A stretch of 64,000 nt of DNA from Trichoplax adhaerens (Eukaryota; Animalia; Placozoa): assembly GCF_000150275.1 (NCBI RefSeq), contig NW_002060952.1, positions 332,482-396,481 of the forward strand, in the 5' to 3' direction. Shown here one piece after another: positions 12,571 through 24,367 of the stretch. How positions within the stretch are numbered: position 1 is the first letter of the stretch; each line of letters begins with the position of its first letter. The notes under the pieces are model-generated. The model did not search any database. It was given only the letters and a program-made list of their open reading frames with translations, and was not told the origin of the DNA. Position numbers and translations under genes: made by a program.

Positions 12571-15500
12571 CTATGATTCTTTCTTAACACGACTCAACAA
12601 CTGTTGCAAAGCCATGACGCATTGATTCGGAATTAATACTCCTAGTATCAACAAGAAAGATAAATTAATACCTAACGTCGTGTATGATTACTCTAGTTAA
12701 TCAAGTTTGATACTCACCAACAATTTTTTCGTCTTCTTTCGTTGTGAGACGCACGATTTGAACTTTACTTTGCTGTGATTGACCAAGTAAGACACTCTCG
12801 ATACAATTCCAAACACTAAATACAGATCCACTAAAAACGTGATAAGTCCGACATCTTAAGCCAACTTCACATGCTAAACCAGCAGCTACTTTTTTACAGT
12901 TACCTTTCCTAAAATCGCAGATCAATTAAAATAATTATCATTTAATAAGATATCATTACTCATTTTGTAATAGTATAAATTAAATTACCAGAAAGCGTGA
13001 CTACATAAGGTTAGTGAGGCTTCGTATTGATCAATCCATACAGACTTTGCGGCAGTTTTCGAAGACTACAAAAAAATTTATTTCGTTGTGCTAAATAGAG
13101 TAAAAGTCATATGGCAACAGGCGTGTAATTTAAAAGATCAAATTTTACCTTACGATACTTTTTTAAAATATCCGTAAATCTTTCAAATTTTTTCTGTATT
13201 CCAGTATTTGGTCGATATATCTGGAAATTATCTTCCGCCCCCGAATTGGTGATAACTTGTTTAATGAACACAGCCACTCTTTTATAATTTCTTGTCTTAA
13301 GATCAAAATAGAGAAGCAATTTCGTTAAGAAGGTTGCCAATACCTATACAATCTTATTATTATTAACCTGCACAGACAGATAAAAACCATCCTTTTCTTC
13401 ACTTGTTCCATCTGCGATCTCGACTACTTTCTCCCAAGATAAGCCTCGCGTTAATTTCAACTGTTACAAGAGAAAATACTCTAGTAAACTCTCACAATAT
13501 AGATTCAAAAAACAAAAACTGTTCAAATTTTATCGCTGTTAAAGATAAGATTTTACGCAAAAGGTATACCGTGTGCAATTTAACCATTGCTCCTGAATGA
13601 CGCGAAGAAACATCAAATTGAATGCTCTGCACTTTTTCAACAGTCATATCATCAGTGCCGAAATCTAGTATACCGCTTTCCCATCTTCCAGTTTTTTTTG
13701 ATTCCTGAATTATTTTATTCAATGTATCACTAAAATATGCAAACAGCTTATTTTGCAACACTACAGGAATACCTAAAATTCTATTTAAGAATTTGGGTAT
13801 ACTATTATAGTCTTTCTCGTATACATAATATGGCCATCGATTTTGCTTGTTTAATAATCCAACGTCTGCCATCGCTTCCGAAATGTCATTGAAAAAATCT
13901 CCCTCATAATTCTCTGGTGCTGGTACTATTGCTTTTTGTTGTCCAGTTACGCTATTAAAGACGGCTTCGAGAGCCGTACGACCGTATCGATTATCAAAGT
14001 TATATTTACTAAAATCACGAGTTTCAGTAGCCCGTCTATCACCATGTGTTAAAGCTCCTAAACTTTCTAATCTCCTTGCAATTATAGATGCAAATCTTTG
14101 TTCTCCAGCCAGCTCAGATATTAAGTAAAGGTAATCGGGAGCACTAACTTGATTTGAACGATGAGATCGACCAAATTGTTGAATAGCCCTATCAGCACTC
14201 CATGGTAGCTCTAATGTTATGTGGACGCGACGACGCCGATTTGCTACTCGTTTATCCGCATGAAGAGATATACCTGAACTAGCTGCTTCAGAAATAACGG
14301 CGATTAATTTTTCACCGTCCATAAATCTTTTCTTTTCTATTAGATTTAGGACTTCTAATGGTATATCTGATTCACAACGCGATTGATAGCTAATAGTCCC
14401 ATCGGCATTACATACAACTCTACCTTTTCTACCAGTCATCTGAAATAATATATCAAATCGATTTACATTACTACAATAATTTTTTGAATATTAAAAAAAT
14501 TTTGTGCACAAATCCACAAACGTTAACCTCAGCAACATTTTTAGGCCCGCCCAATGAATCAATCAGTTCATCCAATGTATTCGGTGGCAACTTTGGAGCA
14601 AGTTCTTCAAAACTACTTAGTAGCTGCTCTTTTAATTGGTTAGCTGATTCACCCGGCGTAGATACACTCCTGCTTGCATTGTGAGAAGGCGGCCTAACAT
14701 TCCCAACAGCACGAGCTAAGCAAAAAAGAAGGTAATTGGAGCTGTCATAGATTTGTCACGTAAAGGTTGAAATAAATAATTGAATAAACGAATCTTAAAG
14801 AACCTCGATCTGCTTTTGAAGAGTCTTCCTTTTGCCATGATCGAGTAGATGAGTCAATTCCAGATGCACGAAGAATATCATTCAAAGTAAGTCCAGCATC
14901 TTGACGCACTTTTTTACTCGCCTTCGATTTCTTGTCACGGGAAGCATCTAAAAGTAACAGTTGATGTAATTACAGAAATTAGTTTTGAAATTTAGTTTAA
15001 ATTACCAGTACGTCAATTGATACAAATTCCTATACCTAAATAGAAATGCATAGTATGAAGATGGTAAAAATCAGTAAATAAGACGCACTTGCGATGTATA
15101 TACCTTTTGCCTTTGATTTACGAGAAACGCCATTGTCGCTAGAATCACTGCTGTTGAAAAGTTTATTGATGTCTTCTTCAGACTCTGAATTAGAGTCTGA
15201 TTTAATTATTTCACTATCGTTATCACTATCACTATCATCACTATTGCTGCTATGATTCTCTTCATCCTTGCAAGCTCTTTTCTCTGTATCGCTATCTGAA
15301 CCATTTTCCTCTAACAAAGGCATGATTCAAAGTTACCATAGTTATACAGCAAAAAATATAAATATAGCATATCATTCAGAGTAATAGCGTCTACATAAAA
15401 TTTATCATGAAATACCTCGTTTACGTTTCCGATCGTAACTGTCGCTTTTATTATTGCCTTTATTGTTAGAGTAATCGAAACCCATCAATTTGGCAAGTCG

Positions 15501-18500
15501 CTGCATGTTAGGAGCCGGAAAATGCTTCTCTATCAAAGCCGTAAATACCCCCCTACCATACATAGCAACGAAATAATTATTCATTAACATCTACACAACC
15601 AATAAATGATCCAAATAATTTGTTTTTATAAGCATCTTACTTAGCGGTAGAGATAAAGTCATCAATCTCTCCGTTTGATTCCCCTAGCTGCTCCATCATT
15701 TGGGCTTCACCTGTTGACTGCAATCCGATTATGACGCACTAATGAAGAAAGACAATTTCATATTGAATACTATACAATCATAGCAAAAATACACTGTACA
15801 CATCATGTTCTGTTGTACCTTCCCATTCGCAACGGCATCTTTTGCTATGTCTACAGCGACCTTAACTTTGGCAGCTATGCATAAATATTTGAAGAACCTC
15901 TACCGGTTCATACCAAATCAATTTAGCGAAGTTATAATTTACCGAGATTCAAAGCTTAATATAATCTCTACGGATAAATCATTAATATCGAAAGCAGACC
16001 TGATGAGCAGACCAAAATTGACCCCACATGTTTTTATGCAATTTACTATCTGCCCCCATTATTGTAGCAGCCTGGCTAAATTTTTGACGAGCCTCCACCC
16101 ACTAGGGAAAAATGGCATAACTATTCGTTATCAATTATTCATAAAGTTAAATTAGAAATTGTACCTTGTAGTTACGTACTAGTTTAACTGATTTGTTGTA
16201 CATTTCTTTAAAATCATGAGATAGAGGAATCTCTTGAATATTGAAGGTAACTCCTGTAAAGCTTAATTGTCTTGCCATATAGACGCCACTCATCTAAAGA
16301 TGTTATCATAACCAATATACGAACAATTCACTACTTATTAGCATTCGTTGGTTTGTGTAGAAGTAACAAATTGTACTGCATCAACATTTAAACCATTTAT
16401 TGTTTACCTTCATGTCCATAGCAACAAGTTCCATGGCACTAACTCCTCTATTAATAAAGTAGCCTATAAATTACTAGTTCACATCATGTAATCATCAGTT
16501 GCATAAGCTACACACCCTTTATCGATAGCGTGAATAAAATTTTCAAATTCTTGAAAAGGCGTTCCTTTCCCCCATATTCCTAAACGATTCATATAAGCCA
16601 TGTTGCGCGGTTCGGAAGCGCCTAATTGTGTAGGAAAACAGCAATTACTTTAAAATGATAAAACGAGTAGAATGCCAATAACAATTTTTATGCGTATTTA
16701 AACTTTATGACAAAGAATACCAGTTGCACTAGCATATACAATTCTGGCTTTTGGCAGTTTATTTTGCAAGGCCAAAACAGTTTTTCCAGTTTTTGTTGGC
16801 TTTGATGAAGCAGAGCGATAGAGATTTTTTGCTTTATGGCACTCATCGAAAATTATCTGTTAACGAAAACGAAGAGTATTTTCAATGAGTAACTCGGCTT
16901 GCTACCGCAGGTTTTTAAAACGAAGTTACTGTAAGAATATAAAGAGCTATACCACGCCGTCAAAGCTTTCGCCGAGCCAACGAATTATCTGCGATAGCCG
17001 GGTACGGTACTTAGCCTTCCCTTGGCTTTCACTGATTAACGAAGAATAAGTGGCAAAAATAACACCCTTTCTAACGCAACCGTTTTCCTTTGATGAGATC
17101 TTTCCATATTTAAACTGAAATATAATTTAAATAACTGTATATAAGATGTCCATAATTACATTATAATAAATCCAGAGCAATTGCACGTAAAACTGACATA
17201 ACTCCACAGCCTACCTTGTTTAAGGAATAAATTTTTATCCTTTCAGCTCCAATATCCTTTAGATCTCTATGAATTAATTTTTTTTTAAAGTTATTATGAT
17301 TACATGGTACGCGACTCAATCGTTAGTATGAAAACGACTGACAACAACAAACCTTGCAGAATCATATTTTAGATCATTCGATACACTCAACCTAGAACCA
17401 AGTTGAAAACGGCAATTAATTATTATAATACGAATATATATATCGTATACTTAATTGTATTCCCATTTCGAACTTATAAGACCGTAACGGCTATACAAAA
17501 TATAAGAGATAGCGTTATCAATGAGTGCACGAATAGTACCATAATGCACGTTTCCTTCCTTCGATGTAATTTTCATAAATGATAGCTAAAATTGACAGAT
17601 AGAGGAGTACGATTACTGAATAAATAACAAAAGTTCACGACACGGTGTGCCAATTTAAATTATTTTAATATCACCTTACCTGCAAGAGTCCGACCTTTAC
17701 CAACACCTGCGCCATCGCCTGCAAATAACAAGAAGGTAATCAATGAGCCAGTTAACAATTTAAAAATTAATACAGAGCATTTCAATCTTGCCCATATCGA
17801 TTTACTATCCGTGGCGAGTGAAATTCTCGGTACAAGTAGCTATACAAAAGTGAAACGAATCCTATACCGATGAGAAATCCAGCCCTTCTTCCATCAGCTA
17901 ACCATGTATTATGTTGTTGGCATGCGTACACAACGGCTTCTAATTGTAGTGATGATAACATTCCATTCGCAATAACGGATTTAGGTAAATTTAAATTGTA
18001 AGTAATGTCTGGAGGAAGTACACTTGAAAGAGAACTATAAATATAAAAAAAACGTAATTGGTTCATTCCTATCCTTGCAAAAGGTAACCCATTAAGAAAA
18101 GGTAAATATTAATAATTTACTTTTACTATACCTGGTTTCGACGACCGGATCGGGATGTCTTTTGCCACTTTTGACTGTAAAGTGATAGTAGTAGGCATCT
18201 TTTCAAAATTATTGTTGAATAAAATCAATTAAATGATAGAAAGAGCTTACACTTGCTAGGAACGTATTGAGAATATGTTTCAGTTCGGTGCTGCTCATCT
18301 TCATCCTCAGAATCAGATTCAGCAGCAGTGGTCTGTTTATCTGCTCGGGAATTTTCGGGATCAGGTAGTAACCACGAACGCGTAACAGCCGGATTACTAA
18401 AAGCACAATATAATAAATATCACAGATTAATGCATGTTAACTTTAATTAAGCGTAATAAAAACATGAAACACTATGATAGCTACGCTTCTATTAGTATTA

Positions 18501-21118
18501 TTTAATTACTGAAACAACAGTTAACAGACTTTAAATTTTTCCATTTATTCTTGGACAATTTGCTCATGATATAATTATGGGCTTGAGCGATAATTATAAT
18601 TTTCTAACGCGGCGATTGTAAATGTAGGTACAAAATATCAAGCCTAAGCTATGATTGGTGTTAATTAACAATTATCTGCAGAAAGACAATGTCTTCGTAA
18701 ACGTTATATGTCGAATTCGATGGGTCAGTGAATTACTATAACATCTAGTTAGCAATATAATGATTAAAGAAAACTGTAAAAGTATTCCCTTGATTTCTTT
18801 CTCGAAAATGTAGAAGCTTTCACCACGGATAACTAACTAATTTTTAAATTATTAATATATACGAGATATTCATGATGCGAATAAAAGGGGATACTAAAGG
18901 GGATATAACAAGTCCTCTAATTTCTATACACAAGATTACTCCAAGCATTGTGCAGACTTTTACCCTGCTATTATTTCAGCAATATCCTGCAACATTATTT
19001 AATATAAACAATTAATTAACATAGACTTTGGCACCAGTCCCAATATTAATAATTAATAAATAATAATTATATCTTTAGTATACGCAAGAACAAGATTTTA
19101 GTTCATGGAAACCGTATTGGAAATTAATTTCACTGTAATGAAAAGCACGAATTGCTAGCCAAATATAGACAATAAAATGAAGTCTGTCCTTACAGGTCAA
19201 TAAGAACGTATCAAAATAGCTGCAAAACATTAAAATTCCTTTTGGTGCAGCACTATGACCCAGAATCAAAACCAATAAAGAAATAATTTGAATTACCAGA
19301 TCGTATATTAGTTGATGATTACAATTAGAATGGATAAAAATCACTTAATGCGTATTTATCATACATTTGCTACCTTGTCATGGCGCCAATCGAATAATAG
19401 AAACGGAGTATAAAACTACTGGTAGATTAGCAAAATTACTATTATCGCTTTCACTTGAAATAGATAACTTCTACCTTGGAGCAATTTTAAATATGCATGA
19501 CCAACTGTTGGTTGTCTATATTTAGCTTAGACGATAATACTTGGTAGTGCAAGTTGTAGCTGCAAGAATTACCAAAAACAAGAAATAAAACCAATACCAA
19601 ATAACTCGCTGATAGTAAGACTTTGATCAACAAAGTACAGTACAAGAATAATTTCAGAAAGGCAGCAATAGCTTCTACGACGGGCTACTAACCACTGGCA
19701 ATCTGCCCGAAATTGAGCTATTTTATATAACTAGAAGTCTAGTACGCCAAGGTGAGCTCTATTATCCATGAGACGTGTAATTGCGACATTATGAACTATA
19801 CAAACTGGACGAATTGTTGGTCGGCTAATTGCTAATACCCTCTATGAGATGTGTAACTGCGACTTTATGAACTATACAAGCTGGACGAATTGTTGGTCGG
19901 CTAATTACTAATACCATCTATGAGACGTGTAATTACGACTTTATGAACTATACAAACTGGAGGAATTGTTGGTCGGCTAATTACTAATACCATCCATGAG
20001 ATGGATGGTACACCTTCAGGATCATTGGCGACTTTATAATTAATTTATACGAAATGGAGAATTGTTGGTCGGCTAATTACTAATACCATCCATGAGATGG
20101 GTGGTACACCTTCAGTATCATTGGCGACATTATAATTAATTTATACGAAATGGAGAATTGTTGGTCAGCCGATTGCTAAGGACTTTTAGAGGACTGATGG
20201 TATCCATAGCACCGTAGATTGTAACAGACGATAATTCTGAACTGCTCAATGTTCATGCCCATGGATAACAAGACAGTAGAATCTGTTTGTATTGAGAGCA
20301 TCGTTACTGATACAAAATACTTGTTAATCAACGCCTACATTTACTGTTCCATTCTTATCATTAATGGTGTCTGCAAGAGCCAATTGCTTACACTACAGCA
20401 ATTGCAGATGAATAATAATTGACCTATTATGAAATTTTTGCGTCATGACCATTTATCAGATCTATATGATTGAGCAACAATTCAAATTGGCAAGTGGATG
20501 AAATGGATTCGATGAGTTTGATTTAATGAATGCTTACCGAGTAAAGGAAGAAAACTGTGTATATGCTCCTTGAATAAAATTTTGAACAAATTCGCTGGAG
20601 CCAGACGGCAAAGGTGGCAACGATACGTTGGCTATGAAGGGAACGTTACTGGCAATAGAGTCAGGAAGGCTATTGGCGTAATTGGTAGGAAGACCAACAG
20701 GAGTCTGATAAGTATAATTGTCGTTCCTATAAAATTGGTTTTGCTGTTGATTGATTGTATCCACTTGTAATACCATGGAAGCTTGATGATCAACGTCATA
20801 TTGGCTATCATTGACATTGCCAGGTGGATAACTAGAAGTGTTATTGTCTTGATCAATAATGTCATGATGGATGGAGTCATGACCATGATCAACGCCAGGA
20901 TAATTAAATTGCTGTTGATTGAGTGATAGGGATAAACCACTCTCTGCTAGAGCAAATGACAATAAATCTGTATCCAATCCATTCAGTAAGGGTAAAGAAG
21001 TGGTTGCATCAGTTTTAGTCGATGATTCATAATGAGTTTGTTGCATGCCGTTTCCATCCTCTGTTGTTAAACTGTGGTGATCCATTGGATCGTGATCATG
21101 ATATTCTTGCCTACTCAT
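12571..21118 (-). CDS. SBNO: Strawberry notch homolog (SF2 helicase-like nuclear protein), ~26 exons
   Basis: Spliced exons give [170 protein letters not shown] and [17 protein letters not shown]. Exon 1 (21118-20538) splices in phase 2 to the exon near 18397. Stop TAG is at 12571-12573. Confidence 0.96.
19765..20180. repeat. Intronic minisatellite in SBNO intron 1 (three 76-bp units followed by two ~96-bp units)
   Basis: The core aattgttggtcggctaatt(a/g)ctaatacc.tc.atgag is repeated. The atgag anchors are at 19768, 19844, 19920, 19996 and 20092. Confidence 0.9.
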
Positions 21119-21644
21119 GATAATAATAATAATAATGCTGTACGTAATTCTTCTTCCAAATGAATTGACCTCCTGTGTAGTACAGTATATATACAACTGT
21201 ACTCAGTCTACTGCTTGTCAGCACAAGTGTATGATTAATTGGCATAGGCAGCAATGAGTCCCATGCAGAGTATTTAAAATGAATCAATCACCATTGACAT
21301 GTATATCTCGATGTTATACTATCCTCGAGCGCACTGCAATCTACTGCACTGTCGACCAATGGCCATGCAAAGCAAACCACTCGCCTGCATGTGCCAGGGA
21401 ATGAAATACGACTATGACAAATTGTCCTTCTCCTACAAATGAGAACAACAATCTCGATATGATGACTTGGACCCACAGCAAAGCACTACATTACCGCAAT
21501 ATCCCTTGTACAATCTTATACCTGGTCACTGGATGGAAAAGATTGAAAATCAATCTTGATGTTGATGCAGTCTAAATGATCTTGCGGTCTCGAGTAGAAA
21601 ATGCCTTGAGAGAAAATTTCATCACGATGTTGGAGATGGTGATG

Positions 21645-21715
21645 GAAGCTACAGTACAGCATGAGTACCATGTACTGTAAGCCGTGTACTGTACACTGTA
21701 CGGTACTGTACGTCA
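21645..21715. promoter_or_regulatory. Cluster of TACAGTAC/TACTGTA motifs upstream of SBNO
   Basis: ctacagtacagc...gtactgtaagccgtgtactgtacactgtacggtactgtacg. Confidence 0.35.
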
Positions 21716-21797
21716 ATAGACAAACTGGCCAATGGAAGTGCAATCCAGGCTTTTTGGGCAGCCATTTTTGCAATCAAATCAACTCCATTTTTTAGTA

Positions 21798-22612
21798 TGT
21801 AGAGTTCCAATTTAATAGCTTAAACATGGTCAAAAATTGCTTAAAATGCGTAGAAAAATAGAGAAATATCTAAAATTTGCATATCCAAACAATTTAGTGC
21901 TAATAAAGCTTTACTGATCGTAAAAGGAAATTTTTATAATAAAACATTGAAGTGAGCATAGGAATTAGACTGGAAAAAAATGATGGCGTCAGTCAATAAA
22001 ATGTAGAGTTCCATTTTAATTGCTTTAACATGGTCAAAAATTGTTTAAAATACGTAAAAAAATAGAGAAATATCTAAAATTTGCACATCCAAATAGTTTA
22101 GTAATAATAAAGCTTTCTTGACCGTAAATAGAAATTTTTAAAATAAACCATTGAAGTGAGCATAGGAATTAGACTGGAAAAAATGATGGCGTCAGTCAAT
22201 AAAAATGTAGAGTTCCATTTTAATTGCTTAAAAATGGTCAAAAATCATTTAAAATGTGTAGAAAAATAAAGAAATATCTAAAATTTGCATATCCAAACAG
22301 TTTAGAGCTAATAAAGCTTTACTGACCGTAAATGGAAATTTTTATAATAAAATATTCAAGTGAGTATAGGAATTAGACTGGAAAAAAATGATGGCGTCAG
22401 TCAATAAAAATATAGAGTTCCATTTTAATTGCTTAAACATAGTCAAAAATTGTTTAAAATGCGTAGAAAAATAGAGAAATATCTAAAATTTGCATATCCA
22501 AACAGTTTAGTAATAATAAAGCTTTCTTGGTCGTAAATGGAAATTTTTATAATAAAACATTGAAGTGAGCATAGGAATTAGGCTGGTAAAAAATGATGGC
22601 GTCAGTCAAAAA
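21798..22612. repeat. Tandem array, 4 x ~204 bp, high identity, between divergent SBNO and RNF25
   Basis: The agagttcca anchors are at 21801, 22005, 22209 and 22414. Each unit contains gaaatatctaaaatttgca and ggaattag.ctgg.aaaaaatgatggcgtcagtcaa. Confidence 0.95.
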
Positions 22613-23710
22613 AAAGCATTAGTCGATTGAAGAGCGTGCTGTTACGAATTCAAAACGGGCAACAGCTAAATAGCCCACTCTATAGCTTGTTAAATATCTT
22701 CATATGTCATAGAAACAGGATAAGAAAGTTTACTAATGGAGAATTTCTTTCTATGGATACGAAATAAGAAGTACTCCATTTTTAGGTTTTAACAGCTTTT
22801 AGACTAGGATTTTAGATATTCAATTTTCTTTGTTGCACTTTTATTGGCCATTACTTGTACTAGACACTGTGGACAGTACAGAAACCATAGGCTAAAATGG
22901 GTGAACCACCTTGTGGCGTCTTTGCTTGTGTACCACAGTACAGTGTATAGTGCTGTAGTAAATCATAGTTATTTACTATGAAGTTTTGAAGGGCATACAG
23001 CACTGTATTGAGTCGATACTGTGAGCATATTAGTGTCTCTGTATTACTGTAGAATCATATAATCAAGATGTTTCCTGTGATGCATCATAGTGACATTACT
23101 TTTGCTAAGCCGATCCAATGCAATTTGTATTGCACACTGTCCTGGACTGGACCGGTCACGGTGGTCCATGACCATAGACAGTGTATAGTACTACACGGTA
23201 GTGATGATTGATCGCTTGCTGCAGACTAAAAACAGATGTCACCCCTTGGCAAAGAGCATCAGACAGTCCAAAACCTGTAAATAAAAGGAAAAATGGAGAC
23301 GGGAAATGACGATTCTTGTACTTTAGGTACTGCCAACGACACAAATACAGGGCTAGTAATTGATTATCAAGAAAATTGAATAAGATTGCGTCTTTTTTGA
23401 TTGGCTTTGAGTTTGTGGTATACTATAAAAGGTGCTATTAATTACGCTAATCGAAATCCTAATCATTTATTCCGTTCTATGTCAGGTCAAGATCTCTGTC
23501 TGGTCTCGTACACTATAACGATTGTGTCGAGATGATCAATTTGCTGTACTGTACCAGCGACTACTAAAGGAAAAATGGCACCCCTCCGTTGTACGTCCCG
23601 ATCTTTTTGAGACGGTAGGGAAATTTTGAGAAGGAAAATAGGGGGAAGGAGGGTTGCAATTTTCTCTCTAGTAGCCCCTGGCTATATATACCCTAGACTA
23701 CGAGAAAAAA

Positions 23711-24036
23711 TACCTGGACTAGATGCTCTCTTCGGATGGACGGACTACTTTTCATACCAGATGAGGCAGAAAATGTGGAAAAATAGTTACTCAGGATGGA
23801 TCTTCCGTGTGTATTCATTTGAATAACAGTCATAATCAAAAATTGACTGCTTCCAAGCAAAGTTGAGTAACAAGCAATGAAATACAATGGAATATTACTT
23901 AATTTGGAAAAAAGAAAGTCCATCAGAATGAACTATCTGCATACTAAAGTAATTTCATAATGCAGTATTTGGACATCATTGATTGACTTAAGTAGGCCCA
24001 ATGTCTGTCCGTCCAAAGGAGTGTCCAGTCCAGGTA
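23711..24036. mobile_element. MITE-like element with ~33-bp imperfect terminal inverted repeats flanked by TA
   Basis: TA-cctggactagatgctctcttcggatggacggac ... gtctgtccgtccaaaggagtgtccagtccagg-TA, with no internal transposase ORF. Confidence 0.5.
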
Positions 24037-24367
24037 TCTTGCAGTCCATGACTTTGCATACTGTAGTGTATAGTATACAGTATACCAACTGCCAGGTTGG
24101 TTTTAGACACTACTGTGTACCATTTCAGTGGCAGAGTTATAGTAGAATGACCAGAACAAGGATAAACCTCGACCGGCTCAACCTTCTCCTCCTCCTGTCC
24201 AGCTCCTTCCGTCTTTCTGTCTATATGTCATCGAAATGTCCTCGTCGCTAGGTACTGGATTCAGGGAACTCTAGCAAGGATTTGCCAACCCATTTTCTCT
24301 AACCAGAAGTCGCTGATATTGGCGAGCTATCGATTGCATTCGATCAGCAATCCAACAATCCGCTAAC

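Noticed and set aside
19765-20180. CRISPR-like repeat/spacer array
   Set aside because: The intervening segments are near-copies of each other rather than unique spacers, the array lies in a eukaryotic intron, and there are no cas genes.
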